Assembly (NCBI GenBank): GCA_030390025.1
Contig: CM059433.1
Span: 24,616,001-24,680,000 of the forward strand
Source of the DNA: Squalus acanthias
Lineage: Eukaryota
Direction of reading: 5' to 3'
DNA: 64,000 nucleotides
Both the position numbers and the translations under genes were made by a program. The notes under the pieces are model-generated. The model was given only the letters and a program-made list of their open reading frames with translations, was not told the origin of the DNA and did no database searches. This document shows, one piece after another, positions 50,485 to 63,903 of this stretch. The stretch's first letter is position 1; each line of letters opens with the position of its first letter.

Positions 50485-52599
50485 CTGTAGATAGTCAGTC
50501 TGGAGCTGCTTGACCAAGTGTTGGCCAACACCAGACCTAAACAGTTTGAAATTGTTCACTATTAAGAGAAAGTTTAAGATGACCATTCAGCTGATTCACC
50601 AAGGAGATGGGCTTGTGAGCAGTTCTGTCATGGCAGCTGTTCTCAAGACTGTGGGACATTCACATTCTCTCCATGATGGACTGCATATGTGGGAGAAGCA
50701 TTAACTCAGTCACATGCACTCTGGCACGTAATCGGGCGTCAATCTCGAACAATTCTGTAGGTTTTTCTGTCATTAGGACAATAAGCCTGCTTGCTTCATA
50801 GGATGCTGCATTGGATGTGCCCACTGGGGATTTGGTCTAGTTACACAAATTAAATCTCCATTAGAGTGTTGGCTCAGAGCTCAATTTTCCATTTCACGAG
50901 TTGTGAGCAGAACACTACAGTCATTTTGGTGATCTGGTCGTAGACCTACTTTTGAGCATTAAGTGTTGCCTCTGGATGTTTAACTGATGGAGAACCAGAT
51001 ACAGCTGTTGAAAGAGTCTGCGTAGCTGTTTTCCTCCTTTGGTAGAAATTTTTGTATCATTGCATAATCAACTTTTAAAAAACTTACAGTGCAAAATGGA
51101 AGAGCTTTGTCATCCAGGCTGAGAAGTAGTTGGCCAGTATCTGTCATACCTGTGTCGACGGAAACCCTGTATGCTGCAAGCTGCTCGCTCGCAATCTGCT
51201 AGTCTTTCATCTGTAGGAAGCTGGCAAATGCACCGTCACTTTGGTTAGATGCAAAGCACGCCCTGTGTATAATTGACATCGCTGCACATTTTAGTTTTGT
51301 GCAGATGTCTAGTTCAACCATTAGCATGCAGGTGTATCATGTCGCTTTGAGATTTCTTCACTGGATGAAGCCCAGGTGTTGCATCTTGGCAGACTGACCT
51401 AATATACCTGGAGCTTGTAGTAAATAGCTGAATTCATTTTGGTGATCCTCGGTTGAAGGCAGGGATGACAACTGACCACCAATAATACCTTTTCTTACTC
51501 GATCTGTCAGCATGGAATTCCCTGCCTCAGTCAGAATTTCGAGATCGAAGTAAATAGTTATTCTACAATTACATAAGTCTTTTTTTAACCTATACTGTAC
51601 GTCATTGGTGTCTGTCACAGCAGTATTTTAACACCAAAGTCTTTTATATTTTACCATTATTTCATTTCTGGTCTAAACTTTTAAAAAAACTCTGGAAACC
51701 AATGAGCGGCATTCTCGGAGGAAGGGGGAGCGGCACCAATTGGGGGAAAAAAGTAGGGGAGAAGGGTAGGAGGGAAGAGAGGGGAAAGGATTGCAGATTG
51801 ATTCTTTTGGGTAAGATTTATTGTGGGGCATTTTCCTGAAGTGTTCCTTTTAGCTCTTTTTTAGAACCACCAATAGTTTTATAAGCAATATATTACAACT
51901 GCGGTTGCTGCTTTTGTATCAAAAATTGATGGATTTAAATCTGTAGCGTAGTAACATTAAGCCTTTTGTGGCATTGTAGAAGATGAAATACAAATATATT
52001 GACTACATTAGAGAGCTATAACCTTAAAACCAGTGACCCAGTACATTGTCGTATTGCCGAAAGCTAAAGGCTCAGTAATATTGCAAGGTCATTCCTGTAA
52101 GCCATGGGGCAATGCTTTACTTCATGGCCACAACGCGCATCATTTGTTACGCTTTTTTAAAATAACAAGTCCAATAAGACATGACCAAGAAATAGGATAA
52201 AGTGAGGAAGTTGGTTTGTATAATTAGTGGTTGAATTCTCTCCCAAGAATTGAAAGTAGGACAGTCTTCACACTGGCACTGCCCATGTGTGTGTTTGTTT
52301 GGTTTTTGCATGTGAATTAGGGAGCTATTTTCTGTTGAAAGTTGTCCTGTTAATGTTTTCAGTGACTGCGTTTCAATTCCCTGTTTTTGTTTTTAAACTT
52401 TTTCGCTACGCATTTGAGAAGCCCCTTTTTGAGTGATTGGAGGGTTTCCGATATGCTTTGTGTTAAATTTGTTACGTAATCCTGTAATAGCAGAATGCAA
52501 TGGAATCAGAAAATGTGTGAACAAACCAGTAAATCTTCTGCAGCATTAGTCCCAACTAGTCTGGGACTTGTTTGATGTTTATCATGGTCCTGCTGCAGC

Positions 52600-53710
52600 C
52601 TAAACAACAACTACTATGGCGCCTTTAATGTAAAAAAAACTCCCTAGGGCACCTCACAGAAGTGCAATCGGACCAAAATTGACACCAAGTCAAAGAAGGA
52701 GATATTGGGTGGTGACGAGAAGCTTGATCAAGGAGGCGGGTTTTAAAGAGGGTCTTAAAGAAGGAGTGGGAGCTGGAGGGGTGTAGGGAGGGAATTCCTG
52801 AGTGTGGTCTGAGCAGCTGAAGGCACAGCCACCAGTAGTGAGGTGAAGGGAGTGGGAGATCGACAAACAGCCAGAGGCAGCAACAGCGGGTTTGGTGGGT
52901 GGGTGGGGGGGGGCGGCGGCTGGAGGAGGTTACAGAAATATGGAGGGACAAGGTCATGAAGGGATTTAAACGTGAGGATGAGAATTAAAATTAAAAATTT
53001 CAGACGTTGAGGGAACAGGAGCCAATGTCTGTCAGGAGTGACTGGTGAGCGGGACTTGGAAGAAAGAAATCGAAAAAACTTGCATTTACATAGCGCCTTT
53101 CACAACCTCCGCACGTCCCAAAGTGGTATTTTTGAAGTGTAGTCGCTGTTGTAATATAGGAAACATGGCAGACAAGTTACACACCATATCCCACAAACAG
53201 CAATCAGATAATGACTAGATAATCTGTTTTAGTGATGTTGGTTGAGGGATAAATATTGGCCAGGACACAGAGGAGAACTCCTCTGCTCTTAGTTGAAATA
53301 GTGCCATGGGATCTTTTACATCCACCTGAGAGGGCAGACTCAATATCTCATCCAAAAGATGCAGCACTCCCTCAGTACTGCACTGAAGTGTCGGCCGAGA
53401 TTATGCGCTCAAGTCTCTGAAGTGGGACTTGAACCCACAACCTTCTGACTCGCGTGAAAGTGCTGCCGCTGAGCTATGGCTGATGCCTATATGATACGGG
53501 TAGTAGAGTTTTGGATGAGCTGAAGTTTATGGAATGTGGAAGATGGGAGGCTAGCATGGAGAGCATTGGAATAATCGAGTCTAGAGGTGACATGGGTGAG
53601 CATTTTGGCAGCGGATGGGCTAAGGCAAGGGCAGAGACTGGCAATAGAGTTGGAAATAGACAGTCTTAGTGATGGAAACTCAACTGAGTCAGATAGGATG
53701 CCCAGGGTTG
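52600..53710 (-). mobile_element. L2 3' fragment with a Deu-type SINE (about 53065-53485) inserted
   Basis: Similar to 14295-15000; the SINE has B box GGTTCAAGTCC. Confidence 0.8.
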
Positions 53711-54567
53711 TGAAAAGAAATTTATATCGTGCCTGTCATGTCATTGTTGATGAATCACTTTGGGTATCCCAGTGAATTACTTTTTGAAGTTTAGTCACTC
53801 TTTTGTCGGCAAACCTGACAGCCAATTTGTGCACACTCTGGGTAATGCAGTTTCCCACAAGCAGCAATGAGACGAGAGACCAGATGACACAGGTTCGGTC
53901 ATCATTGCAATACAGCAACTTACTTTTGTAATGTATCAGGTGACTGACATGAGGTAAAATATTTGCAATACTATTTACCTACCACATGCTTAAGATGCAA
54001 GTAATTTTAATTTTCCCCTCTCCAAAATCTCTGCTGTATTTGCTTAAGATGCAAGTACTTAATTTTTTAGTTCATTCCTTTCTCGTCCGAACTTTATTTT
54101 CTCACTTATTTACATGATAAATATATTTTCTTCCCGCGGTGGATGTTGTTGGTGCAGCATTGCCTCGGGAGAGTTTCCTACTGTCAAGCCGCCAATGACA
54201 TTTGAATGGTTGGTCAGTCGCCATAGTCTGGGATTGGCTGATTGACTGACTCTAGTTGCAGTATCTGAGGCCAGCACTGAATGCCTTGCACAAAAAAAAA
54301 TCTTATTCGAAACAACACCTTTAGCTCAGAATTTTAATGTAATGACAAATTGTATATAAAAAAAAAGCTGAGAAAAATATTTTCATGTTTTTTTTTTGCC
54401 ACTCGGGTCTGTTGTTTTATCTGCTTGGTATTATAATTCACTCTGGGTAATGCAGTTTCCCAGGAGCAGAGTGAAAACTATAACTCCTGCAATGCATCTT
54501 TCTCTCTTCCTCTGTCTCCCTGGAGCAAAATTTTTCCTCGGGCTCGAACTCCCTGCTCCTTTTCTAC

Positions 54568-54694
54568 ATGATGCGGAGATGCCGGCGTTGGACTGGGGTG
54601 GACAAAAATGAGAAGTCGCACAACACCAGGTTATAGTCCAACAGATTTATTTAAAATTACAAGCTTTCGGAGCTGTCGCCCCTTCGTCAGGCAA
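54568..54694 (-). mobile_element. Solo Penelope family-B terminal repeat
   Basis: Similar to 18216-18330. Confidence 0.82.
54657..54694 (-). ncRNA. Minimal hammerhead ribozyme motif (family B variant)
   Basis: Minus strand: TTGC CTGACGA A GGGGC GACA GCTCC GAAA GCTT GTAA; substitutions preserve pairing. Confidence 0.78.
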
Positions 54695-55384
54695 AGTTAC
54701 TGTGAGAGAATCTATCAGAATTCACAGAATATAAAAACACAGAGAAAATGCATAGATTAAATCTTTCCCTACATCAAAGACACACTAAGAGCACAGCCAA
54801 GACAATGAGATGTGTCCCAGGGGGTCCAACGCGTCAGAACACCTGCTGGCTGCATATCCTCTCCATTTTTTGTGTTTGTTTCTTGTGTTTTTTTTTGTTG
54901 TTTTTTTTAATAAAAACTGGAAAGACCGGCATGGTTATCATGTGATGTGGGATATGCTACAGTCTGGGCATTGTAGTTTTCACCTGGTTTCTGTGGAACT
55001 ACAAATCCCATGATGCATCTCTCTTGCGCACAATATTTCCACACCAGATGAGAATCTGCAGAACCAAGCCCCAGGTGCAATTTTCAGTCTTGGGCCTCCT
55101 CTCCAGTCTCGAACCTACGTAGGGGCAACTTATGGTAGGCATTTTTGATGCTAAATGACCAGTTTTATGCATTGGTTGAGAGCCTTTTTAGAAAATTGTC
55201 CTTTCATTTATTGTGCTGTAAATATTATTTCTCGTTGCCCATATTGGCTGGACTGAAGAAGAAATGACGAGAGAGGTTTGGTCACTGTTGACACTTGCTG
55301 GTCCGTGAATGGTAGCTTCCAAAATACATGATTGGGTTTGATTACTTAGTTTTCTGATTGCTACTCATTTCTTATCATCGCATC

Positions 55385-55875
55385 ACAGAATGATCCAGCA
55401 CAGAAGGAGGCCATTCGGCCCATCGTGCCTGTGCCTGCTCTTTGGTCGAGCTATTCAACTCGTCACACTCCCCTGCCCTATTCCCCATAGCCCTGTAAAT
55501 TTTTCCCCTTCAAGTACATATTCAATTCCCTTTTGAAAGTTACTATTGAATCTGCTTCTCCCACCTCAGGCAGTGCATTCCAGATCACAACAACTCGCTG
55601 TGTTTTAAAAAAAAAAATGTTTTCCTCATGTCGCCTCTAGTTCTTTTGCCAATCACCTTAAATCTGTGTCCTCTGGTTACCGATCCTTTTTACACTGGAA
55701 ACAGTTTCTCCTTATTTACTCTTCAAAATCATGAACGGTTTTGATACACTACTATTAAATCTCCTCTTCACCTTCTCCGCTCTAAGGAGAACAACCCCAG
55801 CTTCTGCAGTCTAGTAAATCTCTTCTGCACCCTCTCCAAGGCCTAGGCATCCTTCCTAAAGTGTGGCGCCCAGAA
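55385..55875 (-). mobile_element. CR1 3' fragment
   Basis: Reverse-complement similarity to 31700-32170. Confidence 0.85.
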
Positions 55876-57912
55876 TTCTTTGTGAACCAGTTGGGATTTA
55901 TAGTCATTTTCATGGTGGGATTTGAACACTCAACCTCTGGTTTGCAATGACCATCCATATGATTTGTAAATGGTACAGAGAAAGTAAATCTGGAAAACTA
56001 CTTGAAACTAAGTTGTGAGAGTTGGACAAGGACACTGGTTCAAATTAAAAATGGCAATTTTAGGACTGGTATTAGGAAGTTCCTCACACAGATTGATCAC
56101 TACCAGAAAGTGACTCCTAGATATAGTAATGGAGGTGCAGCCCGAGTATTATTTAAGAAACAGTTGGATGTTCCAGTGGAGAGACTTTAGAATTGTCGTG
56201 GATGGTTGAATTATGATGGATTGAATATCCTTCCTCATCCAGAAATATCTTGTGAACCCATTATCTTTTGACTCGGCAAGAGTATTAAAGTGGCCAATTT
56301 TAAACAAGCAAATGCTTTTGCTGGAACAGTGGAGAAAGGAATTTCAGACAAGCTAATATTGCACCGTGTAATGCCCAAATTATGGTCTTTTAAATTCTCT
56401 CAACACCAGTGAAAACTAATCTGAATAATAAGCTCATGTACACCCTTGAAAAACACACTTCCCAAGGGGCTTTCCGGTGAAGGAGTGCAACGTAAGCCCC
56501 GATAGTGCGCCCTTTCACCGTTATTATGCTTCCTGTTTTTGTAAACAACTTCATCGACACACCTGGTGGTTTTATGATGTGTCTTATGGAGGACCTATAT
56601 TTTAGGGTCACTTAAGTTGAATCATCTAGGTTTTAAGTTTTGTTACCTTCATTAGTGTGGTTTGGAACTTGCTTGGTAGAGCACAGTCATGGTCTAATCT
56701 GTAAAATAATAAGTGTTAATTAGCAAAGGAGAAGTGAAAAGACATGTAGGTCATCTAGCACCGTATTTGAACAGCCAAAACTCCAAGGTTGAATGGGATG
56801 ATAATTGGTTCTCATGCAGTGAATCGGACAGAAAAACTCGGATGATGAATGGATGTTAATGCTTTCTTAATTTGGCAGTTTGTTAGTTAACACACAGCCT
56901 GCTGACATAAAGGATTAATTGTCTCCTTCATAGCTTTGAAATTAAATGCACGAAAAATACGTTAAGCACAGTTAATTCGTTTTTGTGTGTTTAAAAATGA
57001 AGTCATGTGTTTTTTTTGCTAACCCAGTGAAATCTCCAGTGGCTTTTCTTCTAGTTTTAACCAGGTTTTGATGTTCAACACTCGTGTATTTATGTAATCA
57101 AAGCCTTAGCAACAAAGATGACTTGCAGTATATCAAATAGACTGAGCCAAACAATTAGTTTTTTGGGTGGGGAAGAGCAATTAGAATTGATTTTTATGCC
57201 AATTGAATCAACAATGTAGCAAGTGTGAAGAGAAAATGATAGTTGAGGCTGTGGCGTATTTAGCTATTTCTTGGGCTCGTGACCTGAATCTGGAGCCCAT
57301 GCACATTTTTTATTTTCAATCTGAGCCCCTAGGCAGTACCTTGGCAGTCTTTCTATCAAAGGCCATTTTTAATATACCTTAAAAGGATTGAAACATTTTA
57401 ATAATGTTCTGAATAGGAAAAGCAGAAGAACTCTGGTTTCTGAAGCGCTGCCAAAATTGGTGTGCCCTCTAATGTCAATGTGTACTGTTCTCTGAACACG
57501 AACAGCTGATGTGACTTGTGCTGTAACAAGTAAGCAAGCTTTAATAATTTTCAGCAGGAAGGTTGTCAGAAGTGAGCTTCAAAGGGAATAGAATGCACAA
57601 AATGGTTTGTAATTGCCACAGTGTGTTAAACCTAGAGTTTAGTTCTTAATTTCCGATTTACTTTTTCTTCCTCCTCCCAAAAGTTGTGGGAATAGTGAGG
57701 AATGTTAGGTGACTGAATTACCTAGAAATACATGGAGTCTACAGCATAGAAACAGCCCAACTGGTCTATGCCGGTGTTTATGCTCCACACGAGCCTCCTC
57801 CCACCCCTCTTCATCTAACCCTATCTGCGTATCCTTCTATTCCTTTCTCCCTAGTGTGCTTACCTAGCTTCCCCTTAAATGTCTATATGCTGTTCACCTC
57901 AACTACTTCTTG

Positions 57913-58020
57913 TGGCAGCGAGTTCCACATTTATTGGCAGCGAGTTCCACATTTATTGGCGGCGAGTTCCACATTTATTGGTGGCGAGTTCCACATTTAT
58001 TGGCAGCGAGTTCCACATTT
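57913..58020 (+). repeat. 22-bp tandem repeat x5 (TGGCAGCGAGTTCCACATTTAT) inside a CR1
   Basis: Read directly from the sequence. Confidence 0.95.
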
Positions 58021-59735
58021 TTACCACTATTTGAGTAAAGAGGTTTCTCCTGAATTCCCTATTGGATTTATCAGTGATTATCTCCTGTTTCTGGCCCCTA
58101 GTTTTGGTCTCGCCCACAAGTGGAAACATCTTCTCTACGTCAATTAACAATTGATCGTGCATCAATTGCCGTCTGCAGACAAGAGTTCCAAACTTCTACC
58201 ACCCTTTGTGTGTAGAAGTGTTTCCTAATTTCACTTAGAACAAGCTCAGTCACCTCCACCAATACGTCTCTTTCCTCCTCTCTATCCTCCGAGCCACGAG
58301 AGCAATATGGTCACAAGTGCTGGCAATTAGCTTTCCTTTTTGAAGTAAAAATCACAAGATGAAAAGTAGTTTACAATTAAAATGGCTTTGAAGATTATGG
58401 CTAGGAGGAATGTCTCGGAAGAATAAGGAGGCCACATACTGCTTGGGTAGCAAGAGTCTAAATGGGGTAGAGGAGCAAAGGGATCTTGGGGTACAGATAC
58501 ACAAATCACAAAGTATTGACGCAGGTTAACAAGGCCATAAAAAAGGTAAACCAAGCACTAGGGTTCGTTTCCAGAGGAACAGAACTGAAAAGCAGAGAAG
58601 TTATGTTAAACTTCTAGAAAAGAGAAGGCTGATGCGTGATTTAATAGATGTCTTTAAAATTATGAAGGGGTTTTATCAGGTAGACGTAGAGAAGATGTTT
58701 CCACTAATTTTTAGACTATGCCCCCTGTACCTGGACCCCCAAGTCTCTTCGGAACTCCACTGTTTTTAGCTTTTCACCATTTAGAAAGTACCCTGTTCTA
58801 TCCTTTTTAGGTCCAAAGCGGATAACCTTACATTTGCCTACATTGAAATCCATTTGCCACAGTTTTGCCCATTCACTTAATCTATCAATATCCCTTTATA
58901 ATTTTATGCCGTCATCTACACTGCTTACACTGCCACCTATCTTTATGTCGTTGGCAAATTTGGATATGTGACTTTCTATGCCATCGTCTAAGTCGTTAAT
59001 AAATACTGTGAATAGTTGAGGCCCAACATAGATCCCTGTGGGTCACCACTAGTCACATCCTGCCAATTAGAGTACCTGCCCATTATCCCTACTCTCTGTC
59101 TCCTGCCGCTCAGCCAGTTTCCTAACCAGGTCAATAACTTGCCCTCAATTCCATGGGCTTCAACCTTAGTTAACACTCTCTTATGAGGGACTTTATCAAA
59201 TGCCTTCTGGAAGTCCATATAAGTAACATCCATAGACATTCACCTGTCCACTACTTTAGTCACCTCCTCAAAAAATTCAATCAGGTTTGTCAGGCATGAC
59301 CTACCTTTTACAAATCCATGTTGGCTCTCTCTGATCAGCTGAAAATGTTCAAGGTGTTCAGTCACCCTATCCTTAATTATAGACTCGTGATTTCCCAACA
59401 ACAGATATTAGGCTAACTGGTCTATAGTTTCCTGGTTTCTTTGGGATTTCCGGCATGCTATCCTCTTCCTCTACTGTAGATACTGATGCAAAGTAATAAT
59501 TCAACGTCTGCCATTTCCTTATTATCATTGACAATATCACTGATGCCAGTTTCAAGGGGTCCACATTGCTCCTGACCACCCTCTTTTTCCTAATATAATT
59601 GCAAACATTTTTTGTGTTGATTTTGATATCCCTTGCACGTTTCTTTTCACACTCCCTTTTTGTAGCTCTTACTATCTGTTTTGTGACCCTTTGCTGTACT
59701 TTATATATTTCCCATTCGCCAGGATCTGTGCTATT

Positions 59736-60180
59736 GGCCCAGAAATTGATCTCGCTCTGTTCCCGCGGGGGTAAGGCTTCCCCGCGATCTCTCACTCCGC
59801 GTGTGCTTTTTCAGATCCAGCTCGCACGAACTTGATGTTCCAGACATCAGCTGGGCAGTGCTTGCGTATCCCACCGGCGTAGTGAATTCGTGCGAGCTGT
59901 GGGATCACGTGACTCAGTTAGAGCCAATGGCAGCACACCATCTTCCATTCATAAGTTTCACATACGTGCTGTGAAATCTATGAATCTTACACCCCCCCAA
60001 AATAACAGCTAAACCTCAATTAAATAAAAAAAAACCATCACATTAATAAAATAAGTATAGTTAAATAAATTAACCATTTTAAATAAAAAATTAAATTTTT
60101 GAAAAAATTTAAAATCTTATAAAAAGTTATAAAAATAAACTTACCTGTCTTTAAAGTCTCTAAAAAAGATATACCTGTTA
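59736..60180. mobile_element. Truncated copy of the 11113-11835 MITE
   Basis: Near-identical to 11113-11560; right end missing. Confidence 0.88.
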
Positions 60181-61985
60181 GTCGTCCATGGTTTTTTTTT
60201 TTGGCAAGTGGAGCTCTTCACTCGGGTATAAACTGGTTCTGTATCACATGAAATTCTTTTTTTAAAAACACCTCCCCCTGATCATCTGTCGTTTTACCCA
60301 ATAACAGATTGCCCAGTTTACTGTGGACAGTTTCTGTCTCATCCCGTTGAAGCCAGCCTTACCTGAATCTAAAATCTTAGTAACTGTTTTGCGTTTCTCC
60401 CTTTCAAACACTACGTTGAACTCGATCATGTTATGGTCGCTGTTCGATAAATGTTCGCGCACCTTTAGGCTGTTAACTAAATCTGGCTCATTACTCATTA
60501 CTAAATCTAATATGGCTTGCCCCCTTTGTTGGTTCTAGGACATATTGTTGTAGAAAACTATCCCGGACACACTCAAGAAATTCGCGACCTTTCTGACAGG
60601 TGTTAGTCTGCTTATCCCAATCTATATGAAAGTTAAAACCGCCCTTTGAAACCACTCTGCAAAATAGTACAGTATTTTACTTTTCATTTTGAATGTTTGC
60701 TTTAGCTGGAAAATTATGGCAGGGGTGAGTGGTTAGGACTTTGGGGATAGAGGGAGGGGGAAAGGAGAGTAAATTAATCAAGTTTTTTTAAAAGATGCTA
60801 TCATCTAACTTTTACTCTTCCATAATAAACTGAATAATCGCGTTAGTTGCTGAATCTGTTGCCATCATTGTCGTTTCGTTTAGCCACTATCCGGTAGATA
60901 AACCGGGGATTGCCCTCCACGACCATTCCCCCCCCTTTTAACCCCTGGGCTAAAAAGGTTAAATTATGAGGACAGATTGCATAGACTAGGTTTATATTCC
61001 CTTGTGTATAGCAGATTAAGTGGTGCTATAATTGAGTTGGTTAAGATTATTAATGGATTGGATAGGGTCTATAGAGAAAAAACTATTTCCTTTAGTGGGG
61101 GAGTCCAGAACATTAAAATTAGAGCGAGGCAGTTCGGGATGATGCCAGGAAGCACTTTTTCCTCACAAAGGGTAATGGAAATCTGGAACTCTTTCTCCCA
61201 AAAAGCTGTTGAGGCTAGGCCAATTGGAAAATTTCAAAATTGAGATTGATAGATTTTTGTTAGGCGAGGGTATTCAAGGTTGCAGAGGCAGGGCGTGTCG
61301 ATGGAGTTGAGATACAGATCAGCCACGATCTAAATGAATTGGCGGGACAGGCTCGAGGGGCTGAATGGCCGACTCCTGTTCCTATGTAAGAGGAGTTTTC
61401 ATATTGCTCCTGTGTGATTAAGTAAAAGGAAATATGGCAATTGTGGACTTGGGCTACCCAATCACAGGCAACATCTGTAAGTCATCTGGATTCAATTTAA
61501 AAAAAAAAAAAAGAAAAATGCAAATCTTTATGGTAAACTTAAGACTACATTATGTTTATAGAACACAATGAAGATCTGTGGTTTTTTTTGGTCCTAAATC
61601 ATCATCATATGAGTCAAGCCCCTAAAGCCCACTTGCACATGCACGGTCTGTGATATATTAGGCCAATATCACACTGCAACTATCATTTCCAGTCAGGTCT
61701 TTTTTTTAATATCCCATGTATTGATTTTGGGGGTGACCTCTCAAAAAAAAATGAATGAAGAGGGATAATGAATTAGTATCAGCAGAGCTGATAATGACCA
61801 TAATGTGAAGATGGAAACGCAACAAAATGAATGTACTTTCAAAAAATGCATACATTGCATGAATAATGTCTCTGCTTTAGACATTGACCAAAGTGATGAC
61901 TTGAATTAGGTTTATCTTCGGTCTGGGCCAACATGCTGTACAAGGGGAGATCAAAATTGTTCCATCTCCAATCAAAGCTTCCCAA

Positions 61986-62078
61986 ATAACAGAAAACGTT
62001 GGAAAAACTCAGCAGGCCAGGCAGCATCCGTGGAGAGCGAAACAGAGTTAACGTTTCAGGTCGAAGACCCTTCGTCAG
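61986..62078 (-). mobile_element. 93-bp Penelope family-A mini-insertion carrying a hammerhead core
   Basis: 12-bp TSD AAAGCTTCCCAA at 61974-61985 and 62079-62090. Minus strand reads CTGACGA A GGGTC TTC GACCT GAAA CGTT AACTC. Confidence 0.82.
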
Positions 62079-63756
62079 AAAGCTTCCCAATCCTTTTAAA
62101 TCACATTATTCATACTATATGAACACACATGTTTTCATTTTATGTCTAAGCTGTTGGTTTTACTTTGTAAGGATGCTTCTTGAAGCCCTTTTCAGTTCTG
62201 TTATGAACTGGAGTTGCTGAGACAATAATGTATTGGAGGTGTGTGTGGGTGTAGTTTGCTTGTTGGGGAATGCAGTGGATGCTCAATATGCCTCCTTTCC
62301 GTTCGGAAGGTGGAAAACATTTCTCAATTAGCAGCTTGAAATGTTTAGTCTCTTTTTTTCTTACCCCCACGCTCCCCCAAGATTGCTGTGCAATTAAATC
62401 TTTTGTAAATTGTGATGTACATTTGGCAGTCTTGTCATCTGTTAACGTACCAGTGTTGCTTTGACGTTTAGTGTAATCAAGTTTGGTGGGAGATGCTATT
62501 GTTAAACAACTTGCTTCAACTTCGAAAGGACAAATATCGTCTTAATACAAGAATCGTCAAGAGCCTTTCAGTTTCTGTCCATCGTGCCATTACAGGTGGA
62601 GGTCAAACTCCCGGAGACTGTGTCTGACTGAGAGTTTACCAGAACAAACTTAGCGAACAGCTAACACTTTCAAACAGTTAATGTAGTGCACATTACTGAT
62701 TGTGCCGTATGGTGTCTATCATATGTGCTTGTTTCCTGGGATCATTTTATTTATAAATTTATCTGGACAGAAGTTTGTCCTGTACAAAAGCCTTTTGAAT
62801 TGACTGCAATGCAGTACACATTCTTCAGTGAGCAATTTACCATGATTGAGGTTAATTGTTAGATTTGGTGTACATTAACTCAGTATAACAGATACTTAAA
62901 GCTGTTTATAAGAGCTTACAGAATGGTCCCGTTGTTAACCTGAGGAAAAGGTATTTGGAAAATGCTTGAACTGTAACAATAGGTTCACGGCAGAAATTTC
63001 TCGGAGGCAGTAAGAATGCTTAGTGAGAGGAAAATCCATCCTTGTATTGAGAGGAGTCACTGAGTCTTGGGTTAATGTAATGTACATTATTAGAGCGTAG
63101 TTGAAGGAGCTTTGTTCTGCATGTAGTTTGTGCTACATCTGATGTCGGTGTGCTTCACTTACCACTGGATGTTGGAAGCTGAAAATGTGCCAAGGAAACC
63201 CCTTAGAACTTGGGCGTGCTGAAGAAATAGGTTTGTGGAATGCCGTTAATTATTTTGGGAAAGTAAACAACTTCTCATAGTATTAGCAAATGTACGTGTG
63301 ATAGCTACCAACTCCCACCATCATTGAAAATAGTGCTGATGAAATCCCCACTGATAAATGTACAAGCTTACAAGTGGTAGTTATTAGCATTGGGTGTTTT
63401 GTAAATGTTTTGCATTAGGTTATTATACTTGCAAAAGAGTTGCAATGTAGTCATTTTGGAAAATATTGTACCTTGCAGGACCATAATGGGATATGTGTAA
63501 TTTGTGTGTGCTGGTTGAGCTGGCAATATACTGTAAACCTGTGAGTGCTGCCATAAAGATGGCCCATGTGAAAAATGAGGTGGGTTCCCCTTGCTAACTG
63601 GAAGCTGGAGTAGCTGTTGTCTAGAAGTAACCATTCATACAGTCCAAAACCCAACAACTGTAAACTGTTTGGGGATTTGAAAGTTTGTCTGTTAGAGGAA
63701 ACAAAAACATGCATTTATTTGGTTAGAGTTTGTTTTCCTTTTAGAATTGTCCATAA

Positions 63757-63903
<147 letters not shown>

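Larger units (their letters stand above)
57725..61390. mobile_element. Cluster of CR1 fragments in both orientations (57725-58240 -, 58420-58705 +, 58705-60660 -, 60945-61390 +)
   Basis: ORF fragments MDFQKAFDKV, NYRPVSL and SDHNMIEF, plus 3' UTR motifs. Confidence 0.82.
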
